Shown: piece after piece, positions 38,343 to 51,500 of the stretch
Position numbering within the stretch: the stretch's first letter is position 1
How the letters are laid out: the number at the start of each line of letters is the position of its first letter
NCBI GenBank assembly: GCA_951406725.2
Contig: OX597816.1
Location: 166,036,001-166,100,000, forward strand
Direction: 5' to 3'
Length of the DNA stretch: 64,000 nt
From: Octopus vulgaris
Taxonomy: Eukaryota
The notes under the pieces: generated by a model
Databases searched by the model: none
What the model was told of the DNA's origin: nothing
Seen by the model: only the letters and a program-made list of their open reading frames with translations
Made by a program: the position numbers and the translations under genes

Positions 38343-38908
38343 TTGGGTTGTCTGGAAACTTCGTGTCGATTTTTAAAGGAAAGAAAAAGGTCAATAAATA
38401 CTTGCCATTACATTTTCAATCAACCAAATATGAAACATTTTGTTGCACAATGCGTCTCCATCTTTCCTTTAACTTGAAAATACCCTTTTCCCAGAATTGA
38501 GGTGGTTTCATGGCAAAGAATTCATCAAGGTATCTTTTTACGTCATCCAAGGAATTGAAATTTTTACCATTAAGACTATTCTGCACAGACCTGAATAAGT
38601 GGAAATCCAAAGGAGCAATATCTGGTGAATATGGAGGGTGGGGTAACACATCCCAGCCGAGCTGCAGCTATTTTTGTCTGGTTTCCAAAACATCAAGTGC
38701 TGAAAATGAACTTTCTTATCTTCCATTTTAAAGGGTTACAGAATTAACACAGTATATAGGAACATAAACCTTCTTCTACAAAAAGATAGCTTAAACTGTG
38801 CTCTAAATGGAAGTGCAGTCAAATCCTATTTTATGGACTCAACCATGTTCTAAAATAATTCGAAAGATAAGCTACTATAAATCGGCACGAACTTTCCGGA
38901 CAACCCAA
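38343..38908 (-). mobile_element. Internally deleted mariner element
   Basis: TIRs ttgggttgtctggaaacttcgtgtcgattt / aaatcggcacgaactttccggacaacccaa, TA on both flanks; retains HPPYSPDIAPLDFHLF (mariner YSPDLAPxD) and WxxGIxKLxERW. Confidence 0.92.
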
Positions 38909-39574
38909 TATAATTGCCCGAAGAAGACATTTAATTGGAGAATTTGATCCAACGTTTCAAGAACAAAACCAAAATGTTAGAATTCACATTTCTGACCGCA
39001 GATCTTAGAATTGAACTCATTGTCTCCCATGTTGACCACAACCAGTTTCTGTGGATGTCATTGACTTTAGCTAAGTTTGTCTTTGTCCAAAACTTTTGTT
39101 ACATTTGTTGTAAAGTTATTACATGGCATGAGATACTTCTCTGCGATGTTTCTCGACGCTACTATTAAAAGATAACTGAATCGACACAAGAGATAAACTA
39201 ATAACATTATAATGCGATAAAGTAACGCTTTCTCTCTTGACATATGATAAGCCTGTAATCTTTGTATACAAATTACAAAATATCGAACAGAAAACGAGAC
39301 TGCCTATGAAATCAGTTGTATGGTGATTTCAGTAAAAGGTTTGATAATTAATACATTACAAAATAGTTTCATTGCCTAAAATAAATATGCGGTTAATTAT
39401 CTTCGTTTATTTTTTTACTTGTTTCATTCATAAGACCTCGACCATGCTGGAGTACAGCCTTGGAGAATCTTAGTCGAATGAACGAACCGCTGTAATTATG
39501 TCTTTTTTTCAAACCTGGTACTTATTCTATCGGCTTCTTTATATATATATATATAGTGTAATAAATAAAATATA

Positions 39575-40020
39575 TGCATACATACAAACATATATGTACG
39601 TACCTACATCTACATGTATATATACATGCACATATAAATATATATACACGTGAGTACAGGACACCACAACTAGACGTAGAACTCAACGAGAAACGAAAAC
39701 GGAAAAACCATTTTTTTACAACACAGTACAGGACATACTACACAAGGAAAAATCCCCTTCATCAGCTGTCACTAGTTCGACTCCAGCGTGTTTCGAAGGC
39801 AAGACAGAACACGACTCGCCAAACTAATCCTTCCTGCGAGAGAATTAAAATAAAATTACCTCGCAGAGGGGTAAAAACAAGCAAGAAAAATTGTAACACA
39901 AACAGGACGTAAAAACGATACAAATAAAACTACAAAATAAAATACAAGATAAAAATACATGTACAAGAAAATACAATACGAGAAATAAGAATAAACAAGA
40001 AATTCAAACAAGAAAACAAA
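39575..40020 (-). mobile_element. Dispersed repeat (probable Penelope-type terminal repeat)
   Basis: Inverse of 10260-10480, extended. Confidence 0.65.
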
Positions 40021-40024
40021 CGAA

Positions 40025-41235
40025 ACGGTGCGTAAGATATTTGAGGGCAGATTTATGTTCATAAAAAAGAAAACAGATATATAATAACAGATAATAACTT
40101 TATCAAAAAATACTATGAGGATAAAATATACCTTCTTTTCTATAATGTTATTCAATAAAGCCACCTTCAGCTTCAATAACTACTTCTCTATGAGATTTAA
40201 ATTATCTACATGCTCGAATCAAGTGGTCCTGGTTCATTTGGGACATTACTCTGACTATGGCAGCTTTCAAAGAATCTTTAGTGCTATGGGTGTGTTCATT
40301 GACCTCTCTCTCTCAACAACGCTCCATATGTAATAGTCCAATAGATTTTGATCTGGGCAATTAGGAGGCCAAATGTTACGGGTTATGTGATGATGAAACT
40401 TTTCAGCCATCCATTCTATGTTACTAGTGCAGAGTCTTACTGAAACACATATGGCCTCCCATTGCATACACTGTCTATCTAGGGCTTAACAATCATTTCC
40501 AGGACCTCAATGTATATGTCAGAGTTAACTCTAAGACTTTGTGGAAAGAAGTATAGAAGCATCGATTGTCCTTCATTGCTGACAACCCCTAAAACCATAA
40601 CAGTTACAGGAAATTTTGTATGCATAACACTTTGAATTTCAGAAGGGCCTGCACATAACCATCTATCATTTCTTCTGTTAAATTTTTGATCTTGATCGAA
40701 GTTTTTCTCGTTTGAGAAAAACCTAAATCAAATCTTCTGCTGCCTTTTTCAGTTTGTTTAAGAGCCTTTTAGATCTGATGTAGTGATTTTCTTTTGCCTT
40801 CTCTGACGTAAATTTACCTTTCTTCATCATATAAGACTTATATCTGATGTCTTCGTGGACAACATTTCTGACTGTTCTTTCTGACACCTGGAGATCTTTT
40901 TCAATTGACCTCATGGACTTTCTGGGAATGAACTTTCTGGATAAATTCACGTATTCAGATTGTTTCAGAGCGTTTAGAATGCGTTTTGTGCTTTGATCCT
41001 GGTGATACATTTCCATCTTCAGTTTCTAACTCCTTACAAACTTTGTAGACGAAAGATCTTGCAACTCATAAAAATCAAGATATTTCTAAATCGCTAGGCT
41101 CAGCCTTTATAACCACCATCACAGCATGCCTCTTCATTTCTTGAGTAAGCTGAAGGTCTGTCATTATTATTTGCTGAAAGGCTATACAGAGTTAGCAAAA
41201 AGTGCAGTAATGACCCAAATATACCTTACGCACCC

Positions 41236-41237
<2 letters not shown>
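40025..41237 (-). mobile_element. Decayed Tc1/mariner-superfamily (maT/DD37D-like) transposon
   Basis: TIR-like ends ggtgcgtaagatatttg (40027) and caaatataccttacgcaccctg|ta (41237); KSMRSIEKDLQVSERTVRNVVHEDIRYKSY (HTH) and IWPPNCPDQNLLDYYIW; frameshifted. Confidence 0.85.
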
Positions 41238-41268
<31 letters not shown>

Positions 41269-41271
41269 ATA

Positions 41272-41420
41272 CATGACGGGCTTCTTTCAGTTTCGGCCCA
41301 CCAAATCCACTCACAAGGCTTTTGGTCGACCCGAGGTTGTAGTAAAAGACACTTATCCAAGGTGCCACGCGCAGTGAGACCGAACCCAGAACCATATTGT
41401 TGGAAAGGAGGCTTCTTGCC
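41272..41420 (-). mobile_element. Family B SINE
   Basis: Family B motifs in reverse. Confidence 0.8.
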
Positions 41421-41599
41421 GTGAAAAGGGAATTAAAGTGCCAATCTCATGATGTCTCTCCAAATAAAGCTATTCCCAGATCTCTGAATCCAAACAAGCA
41501 TGTTGGTTCTTGTTGATAGAATTCACCAAATTATTTGCTGATGCTTGCTGTTTGCCAAATCGATATTAATTTATTAAGAGCACGAAATAGTGCGAAACG

Positions 41600-41842
41600 G
41601 GAGGCCATATGTGTTTCAGTAAGTCTCTGCACTATCACAGTATTTCAGTAAGACTCTGCACTAGTAACATAGAATGGATGGCTGAAAATGTTTATCATTA
41701 CATAACCCCTAACATTTGGCCTCAAAATTCTCCAGTTTTCAATCCATTCGACTATTACATATGGAGCGCTGTTGAGAGAGAAATCAATGAACACCCCATA
41801 ATACCAAAGATTCTTTGAAAGCTGCCATAGTCAGAGTAATGT
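41600..41842 (+). mobile_element. Second, inverted fragment of the maT-like transposase
   Basis: WMAENVYHYITPNIWPQNSPVFNPFDYYIWSAVERE; reverse match to 40243-40460. Confidence 0.85.
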
Positions 41843-42120
41843 ATGAAGATCTCCTGCCTGTTTCTACTATTACAAGAAAAAGGCGCTTAGGTTTTGTAGG
41901 ACATTGCTGGCGAGCTAAACACGAGCAGGCACGTGACCTACTGCTATGGATACCAAAGTATAGCCGTACTCGAGCAGGTCATCTTATCACAGTGTATGCA
42001 GATCAACTCACCAGTGAGACTGGATGCCTCTCCCGAAGACCTCCCTCAACTAATGAAGGGCAGAGATTGATGATGTGCGCGAGTTAAAATGTCCGAGCAA
42101 GCTTAGCCAGATGATGATGA
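41842..42120 (+). mobile_element. RTE-type LINE 3' fragment with (GAT)n tail
   Basis: RKRRLGFVGHCWRAKHEQARDLLLWIP. Confidence 0.75.
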
Positions 42121-44309
42121 ATATAGCGAGATTTGAATGTGAATATATTAATCGTTGTTGTATTTCGCCATTGAGATTATGCATGCTGACAACACACTCA
42201 ATTCAGTGATGTTAGGAGACTTTGAGACACCCGTGTTTTGACCTTGTTGTTTCTCTTCAATAGCGGATAATCTCAGATCTCTGAATCTAAACAAGAATAA
42301 GAACCACAATTCTTGTTTTTTTAAATCGGGCGTGTATTCCCTCGGGCTCTTTCGCCGAACGACTAAGTTACGAGGAGGTACACAAAGTAACACTAGTCGT
42401 CAGGACACGCACGCACACTCACACACATACACACATATACACAAGCACACACATGACAAGACACCACGCACGATCACTTCTAAATGCAAGCTTGATAAAC
42501 AAGCCAATGAGTGGTCACCGCTGGAATATCTTTGGTCAGTACTCACCTGAAACTATGCAATAACTTTGACCTAGATTTACAGAGGAATAACGATCGGGTA
42601 GAGTTCACAGAATATATCTCAGTAAATAACAGGAACTAATTTTATCGATTTCGCAGACTCGAAAGGCTATTTCTGCTTCAACAGGATTTGAACTCAAAAT
42701 ATACGGAGATGAAACTAAATACCGAGAAGCAGCTAGTTACAAGCTCTACCGTCCCGATGAACTACTAACCCTCTACACAGTAGATTACTGCTTCCATATC
42801 TTGTATGACCAAGCCGTTACATGCAACATCCAAACCAAGATTACTTGAATGATTAACATGAAGTCGTCCACCTCTGGTCTTCAGACGTGTTGTTGTCTCT
42901 TCTCTCTGCCTTTTCTGTCACTACTGCATTGGATTCTGCTCCTCGGAGCTAGTGACTTCATGTCACAGACACACAGACATGCTCAAGTTATTCGTCTTTC
43001 ATCCAATCGTTTCCCATATATTGTGATATTGTGTCTCCCCATCTGGCCCCTGCACTAATCATTACATCTGGTCTTTCCACCTCAGGACGTTGACCCTCTA
43101 AAATTTCCTCCTTACACGCAGTTTTTCCTGTAATCGTCAGCTTACGTTCGTTTCAAGCGGAAAGTTAGGGGCATCACATGCGTTAATGGTGGGCATACGA
43201 AGGCCGTTGGTGCAGACTCTTACTTCAGACCAGAGTGCACTAAAGAAAAATTAACGAAAGCAACATCGAAGCAACGTCTGGTGAGAGAACTCTATATAGT
43301 TACTTGACAAGCTAGAAATAACAGCATATCTCCCTCAAAAGAGACTATAGCTTCCTGAAAAAGAAAGATTGAGCTTTCATGACATAGGTCTGCTTCATCA
43401 GGGCTTAACAAAAATTGGAATTTCCTGATTGTATTTTTAAACAGAACGTTCTACGGTATAGATAAATGTATTTTATCAATTAGTTAACTTGGTGTTAAAA
43501 TAATGATCAAATACGAGAAACATCTTAATTCATTAAAATCAAAGCCGTAGTGAGAAGAAGAAAATCGAATAGCTTAATGACAAATTTTATTGAGGATTAG
43601 CAAGGGAGATGATTCTGACATTTTAAACCGTTAAAAATTAAACGGCGGGGTATATGTTTGTGTGTGATTCTGGTAAGTACAGTGACAACTGTGGACATAT
43701 TTCACTTTCATTAAATCTCTTCGGTAAAACCTAGTCATGCTCGAACATATGAGTTCCTCGTCCGCTGAGAGAATCAATAGTGAGCTATCGTTTCAGGAAT
43801 ACTCATAACAAACCTTGTTCAAATAATAAAATCTTCGTTGTTATAATTTTCCCGTGTTTTCTATATGCAGGAAAAATACAATTTATGCTGAAGATAAATA
43901 CTTTATCTCTCTCTGTTTCTCAAGATAAATTATGGCTTGTTCTCACTGAATATAAATGACTTCTTAAATTATTATTTTCTTGACTAAACCGAAGGCAAAA
44001 CAAAATCTATATGAAGGTGACAACAATCAATAAATTGATTTGTACAGCTCGTTTATCTTTGAAACTTAAGCAGATATGAACTAGAAAAATACGCTACTGG
44101 TGACATGGGAATCATCTGCATGAAGAAATTAGGAGATAAATTTTGTATTCTGACGATCGCTGTTATATGTAACATTCACTTATAAATTTGCATAAACGCT
44201 TTCACCAAATGCCCAGCTCCATATTATCTCTCTAAATCACGTTCAACAGTTTAGTTTTTTGATTTGAGACAAGCACTATGAGGTTGGTAAAAAGTCTTTC
44301 CACTCTGGA

Positions 44310-44341
44310 CATGATGATGATGATGATGATGATAATAATAA

Positions 44342-44372
<31 letters not shown>

Positions 44373-44503
44373 AAGAAGAAGAAGAAGAAGAAGAAGAAGA
44401 GGAGGAGGAGGAGGAGAAGAAGAGGAGGAGGAGGAGGAGAAGAAGAAGAAGAAGAAGAAGAAGAAGAAGAAGAAGAAGAAGAAGAAGAAGAAGAAGAAGA
44501 AGA
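44310..44503. repeat. (ATG)n(ATA)n(AGA)n(GGA)n(AGA)n compound microsatellite
   Basis: Direct reading. Confidence 0.95.
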
Positions 44504-44519
44504 ATCTCAAAGTACTTAG

Positions 44520-46380
44520 AGATTGCTAGAGGAGAAAAACTAACTTAGCTATGTCATGGATCAATTATCGTAAGGCGTACGATATGATCCCACATTGTTG
44601 GATTATGGAATGTATGAACCTATTTGGTATTGTATTGAATGTTAAGCGATTGCCTGGAAAACGTATGGCGCAGTGGAGGACAGAGTTGACAGCATATGGA
44701 AGAAGTTTAGGGACAATAGAAATCGGGTGAGGCATCTTTCAAAGGGACTGCCTGTCCCTACTGATCTTTGTACTGTGCTTGATACCACTGACACTGATTC
44801 TGAGCAAAGCAAACGCTGGGTATGTATTCAAAAGCCGCCAACAAAAAGTCAACCGCTTGTTATTCATGGATGATATCAAACTTTATGGAAAAGATGAAAC
44901 CCAAGTCAGTTGATACGGTGTATACCTTCAGTGCTGATATCAGAATGGAATTCGAACTGAAAAAGTGTGGTGTGTTAGTCTTGAAGAGAGGCAAAATCAA
45001 CTGTATGGACGGGCTAGCGATACCGTTGGGTGAGGTTATGAAGCAGATAGAAGAGACGGGCTATAAGTACTTGGGGATACTGGAAATGGATAAATTGATG
45101 GCGAAAGAAATGACAGAAAAATTTAAGGTAGTGTACTAGCGCAGACTGAGACTGATCCTTAAGTCGAAAGTAAACGGAAGGAATAAGATTGAAGTTATCA
45201 ACACCTGGGCGTTTTCACCCCTTAGATCAGGGATAATCGAATGGACAGTAGACGATCTAAACGGCTTAGACAGAAAGACAAAGAGATTGCTGACTAGATA
45301 CGGGATACTCCACCCAATAAGTGACGCAGACAGACTGTATGTGCCAAGACAAGGAGGAGGAAGAGGACTGATTGGGTGTGAACACAGCATTAGAGCATAA
45401 GAAAACAAAAATATCATAGCATGGTATATGCAAAATTTCACAGGACCACTATTATTGGAAGTAAGAAGGTCAGGCTTGTATAGAATGGAAGACTGCAAAG
45501 GTAAAGCACTGTACAAGCACTTGAGAATGAAAGAAACTGAAAATAGGTGGATAAAGAAAAGTATGCATGAAGAATTTCATAAGGATGTTGAAGAAAAGAC
45601 AGAGAAAAAAGATGGCTATGGATGGTTAAAAGTGATTTAAGCCGGAACCAGGGGCTCTAATCTGTGCTGCCCAAGATCAAGCACTGAGAACGAATTACAT
45701 CAAATACAGAGTAAACAACACAGCAGAAAGTGATAAGTGCAGAATTTGTGGACAAAACGGTGAAGCCGTATGGCATATTACCAGTCAATGTGCGCCGCTA
45801 GCCCAGAAGGAATATAAGAGATGTCATGACAATATAGTAAGGATTGTCCATTGGACACTTTGCAACAAGTATGAAATTGACAGAGCAAAAAGTTGGTACG
45901 AACATAAACCCGAAGGTGTCATCGAAAATGAAAATGCAAAGATCCTATGGGATTTTGATTCAGTGCGACAAGGACATAGAGAACAGGAAACCAGACATAG
46001 TCTTAATTGAGAAAGAAAGTAAACGGTGATGGATCATAGATATATCATGCTCAGCTGACAACAAGGTATGCGACAAAGAAGAAAGAAAAGTCAATAGATA
46101 TGACAGATTAGCTTGAGAGGTTAAGCAGTTATAGTCGCTGAAAAGGGTGGTATTAGTACCAATAACTGTCGGAGCCCTGGGAACAGTGAGTAAAAATCTT
46201 GAGAAGTGTATGGAACAAATAGGGGATGCAATAAGGGTGGAGCACTTGCAGAAAACAGTACTGCTTGTAACCGCTCGAATACTCCGGATGGTGCTCGAAA
46301 AATAAGAGGTGTTACTTTAGTTCACTGGTAGTGAACAGCTGACACTGTAGTACATCTCCAGCGTTAGAAGCTGTGCGAGG
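44520..46380 (+). pseudogene. 5'-truncated R4/Dong-type (RLE-bearing) non-LTR retrotransposon, decayed RT, zinc knuckle and RLE
   Basis: YRKAYDMIPH; GIFQRDCLSL (cf. GIFQGDSLSP); LFMDDIKLY; YKYLG; CRICGQNGEAVWHITSQC; RKPDIVLIEKE; VPITVGALGTV; LQKTVLLVTARILRMVL; multiple stops and frameshifts. Confidence 0.92.
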
Positions 46381-47447
46381 TAAGTATTTGTGATAGCGGT
46401 GGTAATTGGAGCATTGGAAGCAGTTTCCAAGAGCTTTGAAAAACATATTTAAAATATTGGAGCTGCTGTAGGCTCGAAGTGGTCCAGAAGACAGCATTGT
46501 TTGCGCCCCCCCCCCCCCACCGTTCTCGGTTTTGAAAACTAGACATACCACCCTGTAAGCCTTATTACTACACCCAATAAGGTAAATACTGTCCCACTTT
46601 TATACCGTCAGGGCTACTTCGAATTGTTTTGCACAGATGCGTGACCTTCCCCTATTTCTGCTTTTGAATGCAAGTTATGCCCTTATTCATGACATAACTC
46701 CTTCAAGGAGCCTTTTCTTTCCATTTTTTTCTCTCATCCAGGTGAATCATGTCCAGATCCCGTCAGCGTTGTCGCTATTAACGAAAGAAAAGTTAACATC
46801 CATTTTCTCTCTCTAGTTCAGTTGGCGTCAAATATGTGTCTGTGTATCTCATTGTGTGTATATGTGCGAATGCTCTGTGGAAATCTTTTACTGTTTTCCT
46901 GAAATTTTTCCGAATAATTGTTATAATCTGTCAAAATTTCATTAATTTTTTCGTGTTGAGTTCATACTTCGCGGTGTCTAATTAAATTTGTTATATTTTT
47001 CTTGTAGTTTGTTTTATCCTGCTGTGTATTTTTTTCTTCGTGTGTGATGTTTCTTTTTTTATCTTTTCTGGTTGGAAGCTATCTTAATATCATAAGTCGA
47101 ACGCAAACAAAATACGTAAAATTATGTTCAAAAATGTTCAAAACCAACGACTTTTGGATGCCTCTGCTCCTTGATATAGACAGATATTCAAAGTATATAA
47201 GAAGGATTTCTCGAAGAAAATATTTAAAAGGGAAAGGAATTTCTCTCAATCGCGGGTTTCTTCGGCCTACAGACCGCGCTGTGAGTAGAGCTGTTCATCC
47301 CAGCTATTCCAATCACTATCCTCTACCCTCCAACATTTTCAACTGAAGACAACATCGCCTTCATCATACTCACTTTCACTTCCCACCCAGGTGGAGTTTG
47401 AAGAGAAAAGTGTCTTTTCTGTCCTTTCAAACTCACCATATAAAACA

Positions 47448-47652
47448 AGCTGGCAGAATCATTAACACGCCAAGGTAAAATTCTTTGCGGCATTTCGTAA
47501 GTTTTTACGTTCTGAGTTCAAATTCCGCTAAGGTCAACTTTACCTTTCATCCTTTCAAGCTCGATAAAATAAGTACCAGTAGTGTACTGGGGTCGATTTA
47601 ATTGACTTCCCCCTCTTCCCTGAAATTGCTGGCCTTTTGTCAAAATTTGAAA
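47448..47652 (+). mobile_element. Family A SINE
   Basis: Family A motifs. Confidence 0.85.
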
Positions 47653-48127
47653 GCATTACGCACCATACAATCTCCTTCGCAATAGCTACCAGACAGATGA
47701 AAATCGCCTGTTTTTCCCGATCAAACGAAAACGAAAAGACAATTGTCACAATGCTTTAGATTGGTAATCAGAATTAATGGATTAATTCTATACGTGCCCA
47801 CAACTAAACAACATAACTCCACAATTGAATAATGCCCGAAGACTGAACAAGAAAGTATGTGGGTGGGCTGAAAAGTTCAAAGGCTGAGTATTAAGGAGTG
47901 ATGCTAGAGCTGTGAAACCTTGCATACATTAATTTCAACGCTTCTTCGTAATAGCTGCATTGCTACTTTTCAGATAAATTCACATCTGACTGCTTAAAAA
48001 AGACTTCATACGTAACTAAGTAGAACTTCTTTTAAAGTCGCTCTGTGCAGTTTCGTCGCTTTGCGCGCAGCTCGGACTCGGCTTACGGCACATAGTACTT
48101 GTGAATCTAATTCCAAAGCTGCAAGGT

Positions 48128-48216
48128 TCTCTTTTTCCTGGACATTTAATGCTATAGTTACATCCGCTGGGCAGTTGACCGCTACAACAGTGCATGTCTT
48201 TTGTTCTCTGTCCCGT
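48128..48216 (-). mobile_element. Short RLE-LINE fragment
   Basis: RDREQKTCTVVAVNCPADVTIALNVQEKEN aligns by eye with [29 protein letters not shown] at 15440. Confidence 0.65.
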
Positions 48217-48301
48217 TTGCGCCGCATTATTGTTCTTATTGGAATAGTCCATTGTTTTTAAAGATATAAGGTATATATGTTTATTATGTATGTGTGTGTG
48301 T

Positions 48302-48372
<71 letters not shown>

Positions 48373-48538
48373 ATATGTAACAGTTGATTGTCATAATAAA
48401 ACTCAGAGCGAACTTCATCTCCGGTATCCGAAACTCTGAGTTTTATTATGACAATCTACTAATTGTCACATATTATATTTATAGATAAATTCCTCTATTT
48501 TACATAATATTGATGTCTCATTCATTCTTTTGTTGTCA

Positions 48539-48671
<133 letters not shown>

Positions 48672-49174
48672 GAATATTATGAAGCTGTGGTAAAAGTAGA
48701 AAACACTTGCCCAATGTACCATGCAATGAGATCGAAACCAAAACCAAAACCAGAACCACATGCATCCGAAGCGATATTCTTAACCAAACAGCTATGACAG
48801 CATTTAATGTTAACAGATTGTCTGACCTTTCGTTGAATAATTCCGTAAAGGTCATCGTTAATGGAACACAAAGATGGTCAGCGATGATAACTGGTAAGAG
48901 TGACAGTGATAATTAAATATCATTCCGAAATATGAGTGAGAAAAGACAAGCAACGATGATGAACGAGATCAAATAACTTAACTCTTACCCAGTAAGGGCA
49001 ATAGACACTCTTTTTATTTCTGGTGCCTCTTTATAATAAGTATCTATCCTTATTTAGTGGCCATCCTTATTCAATGACTATCCTTAAATAGATAGAATAG
49101 TGGGTGAAAGCGCTAAGCAGTCATGTGTATAAATACAAACCATTTTTGTTTTGTTTGTTTTTTTTTATCGAGGC

Positions 49175-49484
49175 ACCATCCAGTCAGAATGGTTACCCGA
49201 TCCACCCGGGCCACCCTGGCTACCTCTCTCTACCTCTCCCAATCTTCCATTAGTGTTTTTAGGTCTTCAACTTGACATCCAACATCTTCAGCAAGCTGTT
49301 GTATATACGTCTTCCGTGGTCTTCCGGCCGCTGTGGTACCATGATTTGGTGTCCACAGCAACACATTACCCACAAGTTCTCCTTTACTTCTCCAGCAATG
49401 GCCAGCAAACCTTAATCTCAGCTCTTGGATGGTTGATGAGAAAGTTGGTACATTCCCATATAACCGTTGTTCTGTTGGGTGCAC
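49175..49484 (-). mobile_element. RTE-type LINE 3' fragment
   Basis: HPTEQRLYGNVP...RLRFAGHCWRSKGELVGNVLLWTPNHG...GRPRKTYIQQL. Confidence 0.8.
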
Positions 49485-49498
49485 ACCTTTAGTTAAGA

Positions 49499-49895
49499 CT
49501 AGCAGTATCGCCCGGCGTTGCTCGGGTTTGTAAGGAAAATAACTATATAAGCATTTTTAGAGAGTTATAGCCAAAAATTAGCAAAAAAATGCATTAAAAA
49601 TGGGAAAAAAATTATGGTAAATTTTTTTTTAAATCGTTGACTCATCGTATACATTTTTAAAGAGTTACTTCCCTTATATAATAGCGAAAAAAATGCATTA
49701 AAATGGAAAGAATGATGGTAATTTTTTTTTTAATCGTAGACTCATCGTAGACGCGCGCTAATACCCAGACGGGCTCGATATGAATCACGACTGTAAGATA
49801 CCCGGTTTTGGTTAAACTGCACCGCAAAATGTGGGAGTAGTTAGGAATCTAAATCGTAGGAGACAGACACATAACTTCTCTTTTATATATAAAGA
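49499..49895 (-). mobile_element. Non-autonomous Helitron
   Basis: Minus strand begins TC and ends with hairpin cccgagcaacgccggg plus CTAG; inserted between A and T without a TSD (empty site at 52091-52115); internal ~100-bp direct repeat. Confidence 0.9.
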
Positions 49896-50047
49896 TTTCC
49901 CGGATTACTGGAGGTGACAACGACGATGACGACTACGATATCTTTCAGGTATTATTTTTTAATTAAGAAATAAATTATATAATTTTTGATGGTTATGTAT
50001 GTCTTCTCTTTTCTATCAAAACTGAAAAGCTGCAGGATTGGATGACG

Positions 50048-50282
50048 AACTTGTTACCAGTTCAAATAATGCTTGAGGCATATTTCAAAGCGTAAGGTCA
50101 TTCACAGAATTTTGTCATAGAGAAAATTTCTCATTGAAGACAAATAGGTGTAAATACACCTTACACCTTACACCTTACATCTTCCTGTCTTCAACGAGAA
50201 ATTTTCTCCATGACAAAATACAGTGACTGGATTTCTTACGAGTTTGACTATGCCTCAAGCGTATTTGAACTAGAAGCAAGTT
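50048..50282. repeat. Fold-back (palindromic) element with (CACCTTA)3 centre
   Basis: 'agttcaaataatgcttgaggcat...ttttgtcatagagaaaatttctcattgaagaca' vs 'tgtcttcaacgagaaattttctccatgacaaaa...atgcctcaagcgtatttgaact'. Confidence 0.8.
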
Positions 50283-50385
50283 TATATTTCTATACATATA
50301 TCTTATATAATATCTTTCCTTATCTTGTGTCTGTTCCTATTTAGTGTGCATCCTTATGTAATATCCATCATTATTTAGTGACACT

Positions 50386-50953
50386 ACTGGCAAAATCGTT
50401 TGTACGCCGGGTAAAACGCTAAGCGGTATTTTGTCTGCCGCTACGTTCTGAGTTCAAATTCCGCCGAGGTCGACTTTGCCTTTCATCCTTTCGGGGTCGA
50501 TTAAATAAGTACCAGTTACGCACTGGGCTCGATATAATCGACTTAATCCGTTTGTCTGTCCTTGTTTGTCCTCTCTGTGTTTAGCCCCTTGTGGGTAGTA
50601 AAGAAATAGATATTTCGTATGCCAATACGTTCTGAGTTCACATTCCGCCGAGGTCGACTTTGCCTTTCATCCTTTCGGGGTCGATAAATTAAGTACCAGT
50701 TACGCACTGGGGTCGATATAATCGACTTAATTCGTTTGTCTGTCCTTGTTTGTCCTCTCTGTGTTTAGCCCCTTGTGGGTAGTAAAGAAATAGGTATTTT
50801 GTCTGCCGCTACGTTCTGGGTTCAAATTCCGTCGAGGTCGACTTTGCTTTCATTCTTTCGGGGTCGATAAATTAAGTACCAGTTGAGTACTGGGGTCGAT
50901 GTAATTGACTATCCCCCTCTTCCAAATTTCAGGCCTTGTGCCTATAGTAGAAT
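50386..50953 (+). mobile_element. Family A SINE trimer
   Basis: Junctions at about 50609 (gatatttcg) and 50793 (ggtattttg). Confidence 0.9.
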
Positions 50954-50999
50954 GAGTTGTCTCACTCCTGAGACTATATTTTATATTTATAAGTCCACC

Positions 51000-51500
51000 A
51001 TTCACCCTTGTATTTAGTACTGTTGTCACATATTGGCGGCTGCTCCTGCGGATTTACTCTGTTGGACCGCATTCAACGCTGGATTTTTTAATGCTATTGG
51101 TCCTGACCTATCTTCTAAACTGGGTTCACTCTCTCATCGTCGTCGCGTGGCTTCCTTGTCTCTTTTCTATAAGTATTTTCATGGACATTGTTCAGCTGAG
51201 CTCTCTTCTCTGGTCCTTCTTTTAAGAACTTGGCGATCAACTAAAAGTGGCATCTAGTTTTCATCACTATACTGTGCAACATCCTAAGTGTCGTAAAGCA
51301 CTTTACAGTACCAGTTTCTTCCCTCGCATCTCTGAACTTTGAAATTCCCTTCCACAGTCTTGTCTTTCTCTGCAATATGACCTTCAGTCTTTTAAGTCTA
51401 ATATACATCGTCACCTATTGACTTCTGTCTGGCGTCCATTCTATTCTAGTAGCTCTTACGTTTTCAGTGGTCTAAGGACCTTTTAACGAGCTAATGATTT
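51000..51500 (+). mobile_element. CR1/Zenon-like LINE 3' fragment
   Basis: YCCHI..; SLSHRRRVASLSLFYKYFHGHCSAELSSL; YSTSFFPR...NSLP. Confidence 0.75.

Noticed and set aside
39745-39810. CTGATGA plus upstream GAAAC (minus strand; also 10269) as a complete hammerhead
   Set aside because: I could not close stem III or an NUH site convincingly by eye.
48006-48227. Coding-looking 73-aa ORF as a host exon
   Set aside because: Its core aligns with the RLE-LINE fragment at 15440, so it is transposon debris.
50386-50953. Regularly spaced repeats as a CRISPR-like array
   Set aside because: The units are full ~180-bp tandem copies with no unique spacers, in a eukaryotic context with no cas genes.
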